64,000 nt of DNA, taken from positions 26,576,564 to 26,640,563 of the forward strand of contig CM119265.1 of the NCBI GenBank assembly GCA_051294375.1, written 5' to 3'. The DNA comes from Paraspadella gotoi (Eukaryota; Animalia; Chaetognatha). Shown piece by piece: positions 24,948-37,503 of the stretch. The notes below the pieces were generated by a model, which was not told the DNA's origin, searched no databases, and saw only the letters and a program-made list of their open reading frames with translations. Made by a program: the position numbers and the translations under genes. How positions within the stretch are numbered: the first letter of the stretch is position 1; each line of letters begins with the position of its first letter.

Positions 24948-27900
24948 GGCGTAGTAAAAATTTCTAAATTTAACTTTAATTAAAATTCTAAAAGTGAGGA
25001 TGAACAACATTATACTAATGAACATTTATGTAATAAAAAAATTTATAATAAATTTTTCAATTTACGCAGTAGGCCATATTTATACTAGTACTAGTCTCCA
25101 ACTATTACTACAAACGAGGGTAAAAATTAAAAGTGGGGATATATTAAAATCATTATTGAGGTCTTTACTTTCATTTGAGATGGCAATAAATAACAAAAAT
25201 TCGATTAGACGTCGTTGAATTAATGAGTTTTCGATCATGTGGTTGAACTCGACCGAAATTGTAAAATTTGCTAAATTTGCTTCCTCTGTAAAATCACGTA
25301 TTGCATTTAATTGTTGAATATGTACTAAAAGAGTGATGCCGGAATGATTGAGAAGCTTCATCAACACAAAAAAATTTAATATTTAAAAGATATTCTGTAA
25401 TTATTACTTTTTGGTTGGTCGGTACAGTCTGCATATCCGTCCGTTGGTCTGTCCCCCTAAAATTTTAAATGCACATAACTCGGGTAATATCAAATAAACT
25501 TAGTTCATATTTGGTGGGAGGTTAAGTCACCATAAGACCTTTAATGTTTCATATGCATCATACTTGAGTTACGTGATCACTTAAATAAACTAAATCATTT
25601 TAATTGTTGGACATAAACTTTTGTCAAATGTTGGATTGTAAACAAACTTATTTCGTTCGTGATTAATCAATAAAACCTTACTTATGGATTATGATTAATT
25701 ATCATTAATCATTGTTTGTTATCTTGTATTATCATTTTCTTCTCATACAGATCACGTGATACAATAACTGATTAGACGGTAACGGTTTTTTTTATTTATA
25801 TCATATTTTTAAGTTCGTTACTATAAGCCTTTCTAATGATTTATGAGACTGTTCAAGTATAAGCAAATGTTTTTCTGTCAATGAATTTATATAGAGACAG
25901 CAAAAATCTTGATTTACTCTTATTAAAATAATTCAGACAGAAGAGGCCCTGAACGTATAAACATTTTTTAAGTACAAAAATAAACAATTGGACCATATCT
26001 TTTCACGACAATAAAAATAAAAAATGAATTATTTGAAGTTCAACGAGTTTTATTATTAAGACATGTTTTGCCTTTAATGTAAGCCGTCATCAGCCTTAAA
26101 AAAAAAAAGAATTAATTTTGATAATGAAATAAAATGAAAGGAAAACAAACAATGGAATGCACTCTAAAAATTTAATAATTCTTATGATTGGAAAAGACAG
26201 GATAACCCAGTTACTCTGTTGGTTACCAAGGGAAACCGGCGATTGGTCTTTATTTTCTTTCTCTGTTAATTAACAGGTGCCCGGGTATCCCGTTTTATAT
26301 CTCACTTTTTTTTTATTGATCTCTCATATATTTATGCTTGAATCAGCTTTATTTTCATTATTATTATCTTTTGGCCTTCACAAATATATCTTATATATGA
26401 TAATAAAGTAAAACTATGCTATTATATGATTTATGTCACGTTGACCTTTTGATTATAGGACCTAATTGTATACTATCCTATTCAGTTTCTTTGAGATTTT
26501 GAAATAATAAAAGGTTTTGTTTTGTCTCGCAATGCCAAAATGGTTTTTACTTTTTTTCAGCCTACATAAGCGTAAAAATCATTTGCGAAAAGTAAATATT
26601 AGAGAGAGTAAGAGAGAGACAGAGAAAAGAGTGAGGGTGTGTTTGGCGCACGTGGCGTTCCGGCGTGGAATAAAAGTTTAGATCGAGACCGGCCCAAAAT
26701 AATAGAAGGTTTATTATTGATTTCAGTCGAGAAGAATTTGGGGACGGGAAAATTGAGGAAATTATTATGTCTTATTTTTCTTCAGCAATTGTTTTGAAAT
26801 GTTGCGGGAGGGAAAAGTTGTTGCCCAACGCCATTTAACTCCGTTGGGGGTTTTTAAACTTTTTATACCTACGTTTTTTACCGGTTTTAATCTCGGAAAT
26901 TAATAATTAATCTCACACTTCTTTTAAAATGTAAACAAACTTCCTGCCTCATTTAAGAAAAAGACTAAAAGTCAGCCAACGCTGATCGAAACCAAATTAA
27001 ACAAGGCACAAACAGAGGAGAGAGTGATACAGGTTTCCAATTTTAATTTTTTAATTTTTACTAATGTTGTACAATGCTCTAAATGTACCATTGTCTAAAA
27101 TCTAACGTTGTACTTCTTCTGTATTTCTGTCCAAAATTTCTGTTTCTTTTCACCTTACTCTCTCTGTCCTAAGCTGTAATTGAGGCCTGTCAAAAAAAAC
27201 CAACCCATTATTATCCTTTCTATAATTCTTTGTGCGAAAACATTTGTATATCACCTTGACGCTCTCTCTTTTACTCTTTCTCACTCTTCCACTAAATATT
27301 ATGTTACTAGATATTATCGTTGTTAGATTCTTATGAAGACTCGCGAATCGTGATATCCGGTGTTCAGACTACAATAGGTGTCACCAGGATTTACTGTTTT
27401 TGATCTTTTTAGCATTCGATGACTCGTAGTTTGCTGTGCATTTCTTTAAATAAAATTCAGTATTTCGCCAATATTTTTCTTTTCTGAATCCTGTGGCAGG
27501 CAAGACTGCCTCATTCTTGTTTCTTGAGTCACCGCCGATCCATACTTTTATAAAAATTCTTTTGAATTGTTAAATAATTAATTTTAATAACTGTTTATTA
27601 ATTAGTTGACTAGCTATATGCCATTGAAATTTTATTAAGGTATCCATTAAAATTCTTCAGAAATTCAGAGAAAAGAAGAGTTTTTATGAGGGGTTTGAAA
27701 CCGGCGGAGCTTAATACTAACTTTATTGGCAAAAATTTTAATTTTTTAAAAATAATTTTGCAGCTGATGAAGGCTCAAAACAAGAGTCAAAAAATGTCTG
27801 TGTTTATTATCGCTGAAACAAAACTAACTTTTTTTATTTTCAGATTATATCTCAGTATTTTTTTAAATAATTACATAATTATTTAGTTATAAAAATATTA

Positions 27901-28920
27901 AATATTTGATTATACAATGATTTTTTTAAGTAATCACGTGATAAGTTCTGATACATTTAAATATTTAAGATCTCATGGTACCTTACTCTAAATCGTTTCC
28001 GTCTTTACTCAAGTTATAATCATTTAAAATATAAGCGGGACAGACAGACCGACCGACAGACCGACAACCTAAAAGTGATTGTAAAGTTAAGGCAGCAAAA
28101 ATCCACTAATAGTATGGTAATAATTACCCACGTAATGCAAGTAACAAACATTTTTTTTATCATACCTTTTTATTTTCTATATAAAGATTCGAGGAAAAGG
28201 GACATTCTTTTTCAATAGGAGAAGGAAAGGAGCAACTTTTTTGTACTTGTAAATTTTCTCGACCGCAGACAACCATTTTTACGATGTACTAATCACGACG
28301 TATTAATGTAATTTTTTTTTCTTAATTTATTGCGTTAAAATTATTTTTAACGTCAAAACATCCTAAAAAATATTTTGCTTATACCCCATAGTTAAATTTA
28401 AAACCATAGTGCGATCTCCCTACTAGTACTTAAACCAATAAATGTTTAAAATTTCCAAAACTGTTTTTTCTAAGATATTTTTGCCCAGATTTTGGATTCG
28501 TCATAAAAAGTTGTGATAAAAAGAAATATAACTCTTTTTGAAAAATTCCTTCATTAAGTGGTCGGTCAAAAATTAGAAAAAGCACTATATTTTAAGCTGA
28601 AAATTAACTTTATTGATATAGCTCTAGAATATAGTGTTTTTTAATTTCTTAACCCAAATTAATGAAAGAATTTTTAAAAATGATTCTATATTTTCTTATA
28701 TCAACTTTTGACGAGGAATATCAAATCTGCCAATCAAAATTAAGAAAAGCCTATTTTGAAATTTTTCGATTTTATATGGATAGTAACTATATATAGAATA
28801 TAGCCTACTGCGAAAATTAAAAAACATAAAATAAAATTTTTTTTACAAATTAATTCACTGATGGTATGCTTGTTCATAATTGACTTTTAGAATTATTCGT
28901 AATATAACTTTCACTACGCC
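24948..28920. mobile_element. TTAA-flanked non-autonomous DNA transposon (Kolobok-like), ~4 kb with nested repeats
   Basis: TTAA at 24944-24947 and 28921-28924. TIR GGCGTAGTAAAA / GGCGTAGTGAAA, extended by a shared AATTCTAAAAGT...ATGAACAA. No transposase seen. Confidence 0.7.
28440..28775. repeat. Long imperfect palindrome (foldback MITE)
   Basis: Arms such as aaaaattccttcatta / taatgaaagaattttt and cactatatttta / tagaatatagtg are symmetric about ~28610. Confidence 0.65.
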
Positions 28921-29485
28921 TTAATGCTATTATATATTTATACATTATAAACGAACGATCGTGAAATTTTCTCCGATGAACTCGAAGAAGTTAAATTCTG
29001 AAATCTGAAGAGATTTCACGATTTCACGATTTCACGATTTCACGACGATTAGTTTTCGATAAAAAAATCTTGAAAATCGAAGAAGCGGAGTGAGTAAAAG
29101 TTTTGTGGTGAGAGGAGGGAAAAGGGAAGAATGGGAGGAAAGGAAGGAAAGAAAGGAAAAGAAGGAAAAAAGAAAAAGGGAAAGGGAAGAAACGGAACAA
29201 TAGCAAGGAATAGAAGGAAAGGAAAAGAATGATAAAGGAAAAATGAGAAAAAAGGAAAGGAAAAAAAAGGAAATGAGAAAAGAAAGGAAAGAAAAGAAGA
29301 GAAGGAGAAAAAAGAAAAAGTAAGGGGAGGAAATGAAAAAAAAAAGAAGAAGAAAGGAAGGAAAGGGAGAAAAGGAAGAGGGGAAATGAGAAAAGGCGAA
29401 GTCCGAAATAGAGAATAAGGGAGTGGAAGGTTTTTGTTAGATTAATTATCGTTGAAATCCCGTTCAGTTGAGAGAGAGAGAGAGT

Positions 29486-29573
<88 letters not shown>

Positions 29574-29582
29574 AGAGAGAAG

Positions 29583-29622
<40 letters not shown>

Positions 29623-29730
29623 CTCAGCTGCTGAGCTCGTAGATATATCGATCGCAAATTGCGTCTTCGTCTTTTTCCTTTGTGTGTCGCGGTGTCTTGT
29701 CATTGTCTTTCACCCTCTCCTCTCTCTCTC

Positions 29731-29792
<62 letters not shown>

Positions 29793-30220
29793 TGAAATGC
29801 GTAGCAATGAGAACGAAATAGGAATAAACAAATGCAGAGCGAGTTTGAGACAAAAAAGGAGGAAAATTAGAGAAAAACGGAGAGAGAGAGAGAGAGAAAG
29901 TAATTGAAGAAGAGAGAGTGATGAAAAGGAGATTTCCTTCTATTCCTTCCTATTGTTCCGTTTCTCCCTTTCCCTTTTTCTTTTTTTCCTTCTTTTCCTT
30001 TCTTTCCTTCCTTTCCTCCCTTTCCTCCCTTTTCCCTCCTCCTCACCACAAAACTTTACTCACTCCGCTTCTTCGATTTTCAAGATTTTTTTATCGAAAA
30101 CTAATCGTCGTGAAATCGTGAAATCGTGAAATCGTGAAATCTCTTCAGATTTCAGAATTTAACTTCTTCGAGTTCATCGGAATAAATTTCACGATCGTTC
30201 GTTTATAATGTATAATATAT

Positions 30221-30363
30221 TGAAAACTTGCAGGGACCTGCTATGTCATTATCTTGTAAGAGTGATGGAGGCCTTAAACCACCAAAGCCTGTCCAAAGTC
30301 AGGGGCAAGATAGCTTATTTATTAAATGAATGGATAATTTTTATATTGGTTGTACCAATTTCA
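30221..30363 (+). mobile_element. 143-bp dispersed element (TGAAA...TTTCA ends, subterminal TTGGT-TGT-ACCAA hairpin)
   Basis: Close copy at 51831-51982; partial inverted copies near 39070, 57990-58030 and 58856-58888; noisy copy near 32590-32700. Confidence 0.7.
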
Positions 30364-31327
30364 TATATACATACTAGGTACTATATACTATACTACATAT
30401 TATATACATATTAATTATTAACACCCGACGATCGGATTTATTTTTTTAAGAGAGCATCTTGCGGATTTAAAAATAGTCGAGAGAAAAAAATGTACTTTCG
30501 TTTTTATTCATTTATATTTTGTACATTTTGTTTAAAAAAAAAACCCTAATTATATTCAACAGAGAGTTAAAAAAATTACGATTTGCGAATTTAAATTCGA
30601 CGGAAACGTAAATTAGATTACAGCATTAAAATTCAGGCGGTGTTGGACCGTTCCCCAGAGGAACGGGCTCTCTCACATCAAAAACTGAATTCCCTCACGT
30701 TGAATGAGACTCTCTCTTTCTCTCTCTCTACTCTCTTTAAATATCCACACTATTAACATTTAACCTTTAACACTTTAATTAGAAGAGACGTTTGAATTTT
30801 TACCAACAACGATTTTTTTTTTTTCAATAAGTAATTGACAAACTTTATGTTGCAACGTTCAATATGTTCTAATGATCAATATTTTTCAATAAGAAACTTA
30901 CATGTTTCGGTCTATTTTGAAGAGCCCTTCATCAGCGTAAATATTTGTATTAAAACACAAGAAAGAAAGGATTAACAATATGTCAACATTTTATTTCCTA
31001 TTTTAAATTCCAAAAATGTCGCGCTGCGTTAGCGGACTATGCGACGTTAGATTGTCAAACCAACGTTGGACGGGTCCTTTTATATAGCACCTCGTCTCAC
31101 TGCTCTCTCTCTCTCTCTCACTCTTTCTCTCTCTCTCTGTCTCCTCCCTTCTCTCTCCTGTCTTCTGTCTCTCTCTCTTCCTATTATTCATTCACGGATA
31201 TATTTTTCCTTGTTTTTCTCGGAGAAAAAAACAAAGGGCATTGCTAATGTTTGTTTTCGCCCTCCGCCAGAGTGCTCGGGAAAGGAGAGAGAGAGTAGAT
31301 AGAGAGAGAGAGAGAGAGAGATAGAAG

Positions 31328-31402
<75 letters not shown>

Positions 31403-31749
31403 GAGAGAGCGGATAGAGCGACTGAGTCTCTTGCATCCGCGAGGCTTTGGTCTAGATTAAATCAGATCATACTTAGATTTTTTAGTTTTATTTTTATTTT
31501 CTTGTTTTTATTATTTTTTCCTTTTTATTATTCTACAACATGTTATTTCATCTCGTCTCATCTCGGTCTCGGCTCTCTTCCTCTCCTCCTTTTCATCACT
31601 CTCTCTTGCTTCAATTACTTTCTCATCTCTCTCTCTCTCTCGTTTCTCTATATTTTCCTCCTTTTTTGTCTCAAACGTCGCTCTGACATTTGTTTATTTC
31701 CTATTCGTTCTCATTGCTACGCGATTTCAAAAGAAGAGAGAGAGAGGAG

Positions 31750-31797
<48 letters not shown>

Positions 31798-33450
31798 AGA
31801 GAGACGGAGATGAGGAGGGTGAAACGACAATGACAAGAGACACCGCGACACACAAAGAGAAAAGACGAAGACGCGAATATATTTGTCGATCGATATATTA
31901 CGAGCTCCAGCTGGTCCTCCCTCTCTCTCATTTCTCTTCTCTCTTCTTCTCTCTCTCTCTCTCTCTCTCTCTGCATACTCTCCTCTCTCTCTTCGTCTCT
32001 CTCTCTCATTCTCTTCTCTCTCTCTCTTCTCAGTCTTCTCTTATCTCGGGTCTCTGCAACGAAGGGATATTCAACGACTATTATTCCAATCTAACAAAAA
32101 CACCTTCCACCCCTTATTCTCTATTTCGGACTCCTCGGTTCGCTTTTCTCAATTTCCCCTCTTCCTTTTTCTCCCTTATCCTTCCTTCCTTTCTTTTTTT
32201 TTTTTTTCATTTCCTCACTTCTTCTTCCTCTTTTTTTCTCCTCTTTCTTTTCACTTTCTCTTTTCTACTTCCTTTTTTATCCTTTCCTTACTTTACTCTC
32301 ATGGTTTCCTTTATCATTTCTTTTTCCTTTCCTTCGTAGTTCCTTCCTATGTGTTCCGTCTCCCCCCTTTTTCCTTTTTTCCTGCTGCCTCTTTTCCTTT
32401 CCTTCTCCTTCTTTTCCTCCCCTTCTTTTCCCTCTCCTCACCACAAAAACTTTTACTCACTCCGTCTTCTTCGAAATTTTCAAGATTTTTTTTTACTCGA
32501 AAACTAATCGCGTAAATCGATGAAATCGGTGAAAATCGTAATTGGAAATCTCTCAGATTTCAGAATAATTATATCAATAATAATGTCGTATAGTTATGAT
32601 GCAGACCTGCTATCATTCTAAGTGTGAGTAAACCCCAAGCTTCCAGTCAGGGGCAGTACTTTTATGAGAAATTTTCTAGATCGTCGTTATAAACCATATT
32701 TATTATACTACTAAGTTACTATTTATTATTACTATACGTACATATTATATAAATATTAAATATTAACACCGTATCGATCGGATTTATTTTTTTAACAGAG
32801 CATTCTTGCGCTGACTTTAAAATAGTCTGAGAGAAAAAAAATGTGACGTTTCGTTTTATTCATTTAATATTTGTACATGTTGTGAAATTTACATAGAAAC
32901 CACAATATATATTCAAACAGAGAGTTAGAAAAAAATTACGAATTTGCGTATTTAAATTCGACGGAACGTAAATTAGTATTACAGCATTAAAATTCAGGCG
33001 GTTTTGGACCGTTTCCCAGGAAGCGAACGGGCTCTCTCACATCAAAAACTGATATCCCTCCGACGTTTGAGCCTTCTCTCACTACTTTATATCTCCTCTT
33101 CATCTCTGTCATTTTCATCCTTTCCTACCTTTCTAGTGCTCTCATTACCCCTTCATCTGCTCCTCTCTTCCTCTCTACTCTCTCCTTCTCTCCTTCTACT
33201 TTCGCTCTTCTCTCTCCTCTCTCTTATTCTCTTTCTCTTCTCGGTTCTCTCTTCATTCCTCTTCGTCTCTCTCTCTCTCTCTCCTATAAGGAGATCGTAG
33301 TTAAATTTCCTTTCAACGCTGATTAACAATGAGGCGCAGAAATTCGTACGCCATGGAAGATTTGACTTCTATCGCGGGTTTGGTTTGAACGTTTCGAGTC
33401 ACGACTCGATTATGGATCCTAATGACTTTGTTCTACTGAGCCACTCTGCT

Positions 33451-33532
<82 letters not shown>

Positions 33533-34712
33533 CTCTCTCTCTTACTACACACTCCTGGTTCCTCTCATTTCCCCAAACTACTTTCCAAAAACAGCTTTTG
33601 TCTTAAACTTTCTATCTCTGGACCCTACCCTCTCCCCTTAGCCCCAACCCCCCCCCAACCCCTCTAGCCCAATGACCCTCACTCTCTACCCCCACCTCCC
33701 CCCCCCGAACTCCACCCATTCTCCCTCCAAAAGATGGCGCAGCTGTTTCCCGCCAAAAGTGTTTCCGCCGTCGAGAAAAGAATCTAGGATCGCGACTCTG
33801 AATAAATCGCGTTTTTAGTCGCGCCGCGAGAAGTCTCAGGAGCAACTCTATAAGTAACTTTTCGGTCGGTCTGTCGATCCGTCTGTCGGTAAAGTCTCTC
33901 CATTGGTCTGTCCATTGGCATATAGACCAACAGTGTTCAACTTATGTTTAAAAAATGCAAATAATTTGCCCTATATTTTGGTTGCTCATTTGTTAAGACA
34001 GAAAAAAACCTCAAATCTAAGGGACTGCGAGCGCCACCTTCAGGAAATTCCTAAAATTATAAGGAATAAAAGATGGGAATTTTGTGATGAGTGCAGGTCA
34101 TAAATACACAGGCGAATAAAGTTTTTTAGTCATTGTCATTATCATATGATCAAAGTTAAAATAAAAGTCACTGCNNNNNNNNNNNNNNNNNNNNNNNNNG
34201 GCGCAACACATTGGAATTACCGTTCTTCTTTTTCTTTTTTTCTTTTTATTTTCTTTCCTTCATTTTATTTTCTTTTAATTTTCTTTTCTCGATTTGAAAA
34301 AAGATCATTAGTCCTCGAAAGGCTTGACTTATGTTCCAAAGCGTAAAATAGAGAATTTTGAAAAAAGAGGGATTTGAAGTAGAGACGTAATTTCGTTATC
34401 GTTAGATACTGAACTTTCTGTTAGATAATCTAACTTTTAGTTTTTTTTTGTTAATCCATTTGACAATAAAAGGGATTTCGTCCAAAGAGGAGAGTTTTCG
34501 TCGTTATCGTCGTCGTCGTCGTCGTCGTCGTCATCGATGTGAATTTCGAAGTTTTAAAAAAAAGCTGATTAAAAAGACATCGAAAATATAATAAAAAATA
34601 CGAACGAACGAATTTTGTAAATTTTTTGGTTCTCAATAAAAATAATTCGCTTAGCAGATCGCCGTCCAGGGAAAAAAGTCACTGAACAAGACGGGCGCGA
34701 CCGGAAAAGGGG

Positions 34713-34744
<32 letters not shown>

Positions 34745-35409
34745 GGAGGAGAAAAGAAGAAAAGGGAGGAAGAGGATGCAAAAGTGGATACGAGGTGGAA
34801 TTGTAAAACCACTCGGTCTTAATGAAGATAATGAGGGATGCAGTTAGAAAATAGAATTTAATTTTTTTTTTTTTTTAAGGTGAAATTTCATTAATGAAAA
34901 TGGCAAAATAAACAGAGAAAATAAAAAGACAAAAAACTAAAATACTAGGCGGGGGATCAAATAAAATAAAAACGTATTACTGAAGATTTTGCTGTAGATT
35001 TAAAAAGAAGGGTAGAATTTACCAGAAAAAAATTTAGATTAAAAAAAGGTTTGAATAAGAATCATTATTTTCAAAGGATCAAAAGTTTTAAACAAAAATA
35101 AAAATTTACAGAGAGAAAGAAGGAATAGAAATAAGACAAGGAAGGAGAATAATTAAACTTAATTTATAAACATTTTTCAAAATCTCAACCGTAAACTGTT
35201 CATTTGTCAATCATAATGATGAGTTTGTAGATTTCCGTGCATCAACAACGCCGTCTTGAGAGCATTAGCGGTTTTCTTCGAAATTTAAAAACAAAAGACA
35301 AAAATTCGACCTTTCAGCAGATTCAGAAGATATTCCATTTCGATTTCGATAATCTTTTTCAGAAATCTTTTATACTGAATCCATAATATTTAGTGCTAAT
35401 TTTTAACTT

Positions 35410-35555
35410 TATCCATAACCTAATCCTTAATCATAATCCTAATCCTAAACCAAAGCAATCCATAACCTTAATCCTAAACTTTAATCCTAAACTTTAATCT
35501 TAACCCCTAAACTGACCCTAACCTTAACCCAAACCTTAACCCTTAATCTAATTCC
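35410..35555. repeat. Degenerate CCTAA/CCTTAA simple repeat
   Basis: Runs of cctaat, ccttaa and ccctaa; internal location and highly degenerate. Confidence 0.6.
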
Positions 35556-35858
35556 CAAAGTCGTATAAAAATCATGGCCGCCATTATTCTAATAGCTAGC
35601 TACGTATGCTCGTTAATTTTTCGTGTGACAAAGTATTATTTATGCATTGATAAAAAAAAACGACCATGTCAAAAGCCGGGCTACCTCCGATTCTCAGCAG
35701 ATTTGGTGCAATTTATCTGTTGGCGCAAGTCGTAAAAACTCCAAAAAAAGCGAGTAGTCGTTAGAAATGATAGAATACAAGGCAAGTACCCCTCATTTGC
35801 TTTGGCAGTGTGAAGCCGTGTTAATATGTACCTCCCCACGATCAATAATCTTATTAAC

Positions 35859-36225
35859 AATAATAGTGATGATATTGATGCTTCAAAAAATCATGAAAAT
35901 CGCTTTCTTTTCATAATTACATCGTCCTAAAAATAATAGGGATGATATTGATGCTTCAAAAAATCATGAGAATCACTTTCTTTTCATAATTACATCCTTC
36001 TTAAGAATAATAGGGATGATATTGATGCTTCAAAAAATAATGTGAATCGCTTTATTTTTATAATTACATCCTCCTTAAGAATAATAGGGATGATATTGAT
36101 GCTTCAAAAAATCATGAGAACCGCTTGATTTTCATAATTACATCCTCCTTAAGAATAATAGGGATGATATTGATTCTTCAACAAATCGTGAGAATCGCTT
36201 TCTTTTCATAATTACATAGTTCTTA
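35859..36225. repeat. Minisatellite, 74-bp unit, about 5 copies
   Basis: gatgatattgat recurs at 35868, 35941, 36015, 36089 and 36163. Confidence 0.92.
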
Positions 36226-36613
36226 ATAACTGACAATTGTTTTCTTTCGTTCGAAGAAAACTTTGCCCCCCTCGTTTCCACGAATGACCTTCCCTTCTAT
36301 TAGACCTTAATTATTTTTTATTGTTTAAATCGAATAATCTCTCTTAAAACTCGAACCTCCCTTGTCCTCTGGCAAATGTCATCTCTCTCTTTTTGACAGA
36401 TGGTCCACGAAGGAACACGATGATACACGGCGATTCGCCAGGAGTGGGATAGGAAAAATTCATTATTAAAATTTATAGAAGAATGGAGAAGACAAAGATA
36501 ATTTTAAAACGTGGGTAACGAAAACAGAACCGTTATTTAATAATTTTGAAAAATTTTGAGATTACTCAGTAGCAATTTAAACAGAGAGAGGGAAACAGAG
36601 GGAGGGCAAAGTT

Positions 36614-36677
<64 letters not shown>

Positions 36678-37391
36678 TTCAAATCGAGTTAACAGAACTA
36701 ATTGGCATCAATTTGTGTTTGTTAACAAAAAGGTTAATCAGTAGCGAATCCGCGAATCTTTCTGCATTGTCATCTGCGTCGGTCAACCGGTGCCAAACTC
36801 GGAGTTTCAAATTCTCTTTACGAAAAAAAAATATTTTAATTTAAAGACAAATACTAAATTCGAAAAGGTAAAATCGCATTAAATAATGAATTACTAGTTT
36901 GTTAATTAATTCATACTTTTTTTATTATTCAAATTCTATACAATGACTAAATGATGTAATTGCTTAACGCTACATAATAACTTTTTAAAAAAATTGGTAT
37001 GTAATTAGTAACAGTATCAGCGAAAAACCGTAAACATTAGATAGTAAAAAGTAAGTAATTCATATCAAAATATGATACAGATGTATACAAATATATAAAT
37101 TAACAGCAAAATAACAACAAAAAAGTCATGAATAAATAATTTAGTAGATGATGAATTAATAAAGGAGTTGATTTGATGAGTTCTCACTTTTTATTAGAAT
37201 TCATACAAAATCTTCTGATCTAAGAAATTACAGTTCATCTTCCATCTCCTTAAATTTTGTTGTCTTTTCATCTTCCACTTCTTTTTTTGCTATAAATAGT
37301 ATAGGGTAGTATTATTTGTTGATACGCCTGTGGATATGAAACTGACATTAAAAAAATTAGAAATTATTTTTGATCAATTATTGAAATTAAT

Positions 37392-37458
<67 letters not shown>

Positions 37459-37503
37459 TTCTTTAATTATTCTTTTTCCTCTTCTATTCCAGTCCCTACC
37501 AAA

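Noticed and set aside
28935-30215. Apparent 1.3-kb foldback element with ~290-bp TIRs
   Set aside because: The colinear copy at 31400-33060 shows it is the junction between an inverted and a forward copy of the same locus, not a transposon.
35410-35555. Telomere or interstitial telomeric array
   Set aside because: Short, internal and highly degenerate, with no run of perfect TTAGG or TTAGGG units.
35859-36225. CRISPR-like array
   Set aside because: Head-to-tail 74-bp units with no unique spacers, no cas genes, and a eukaryotic context.
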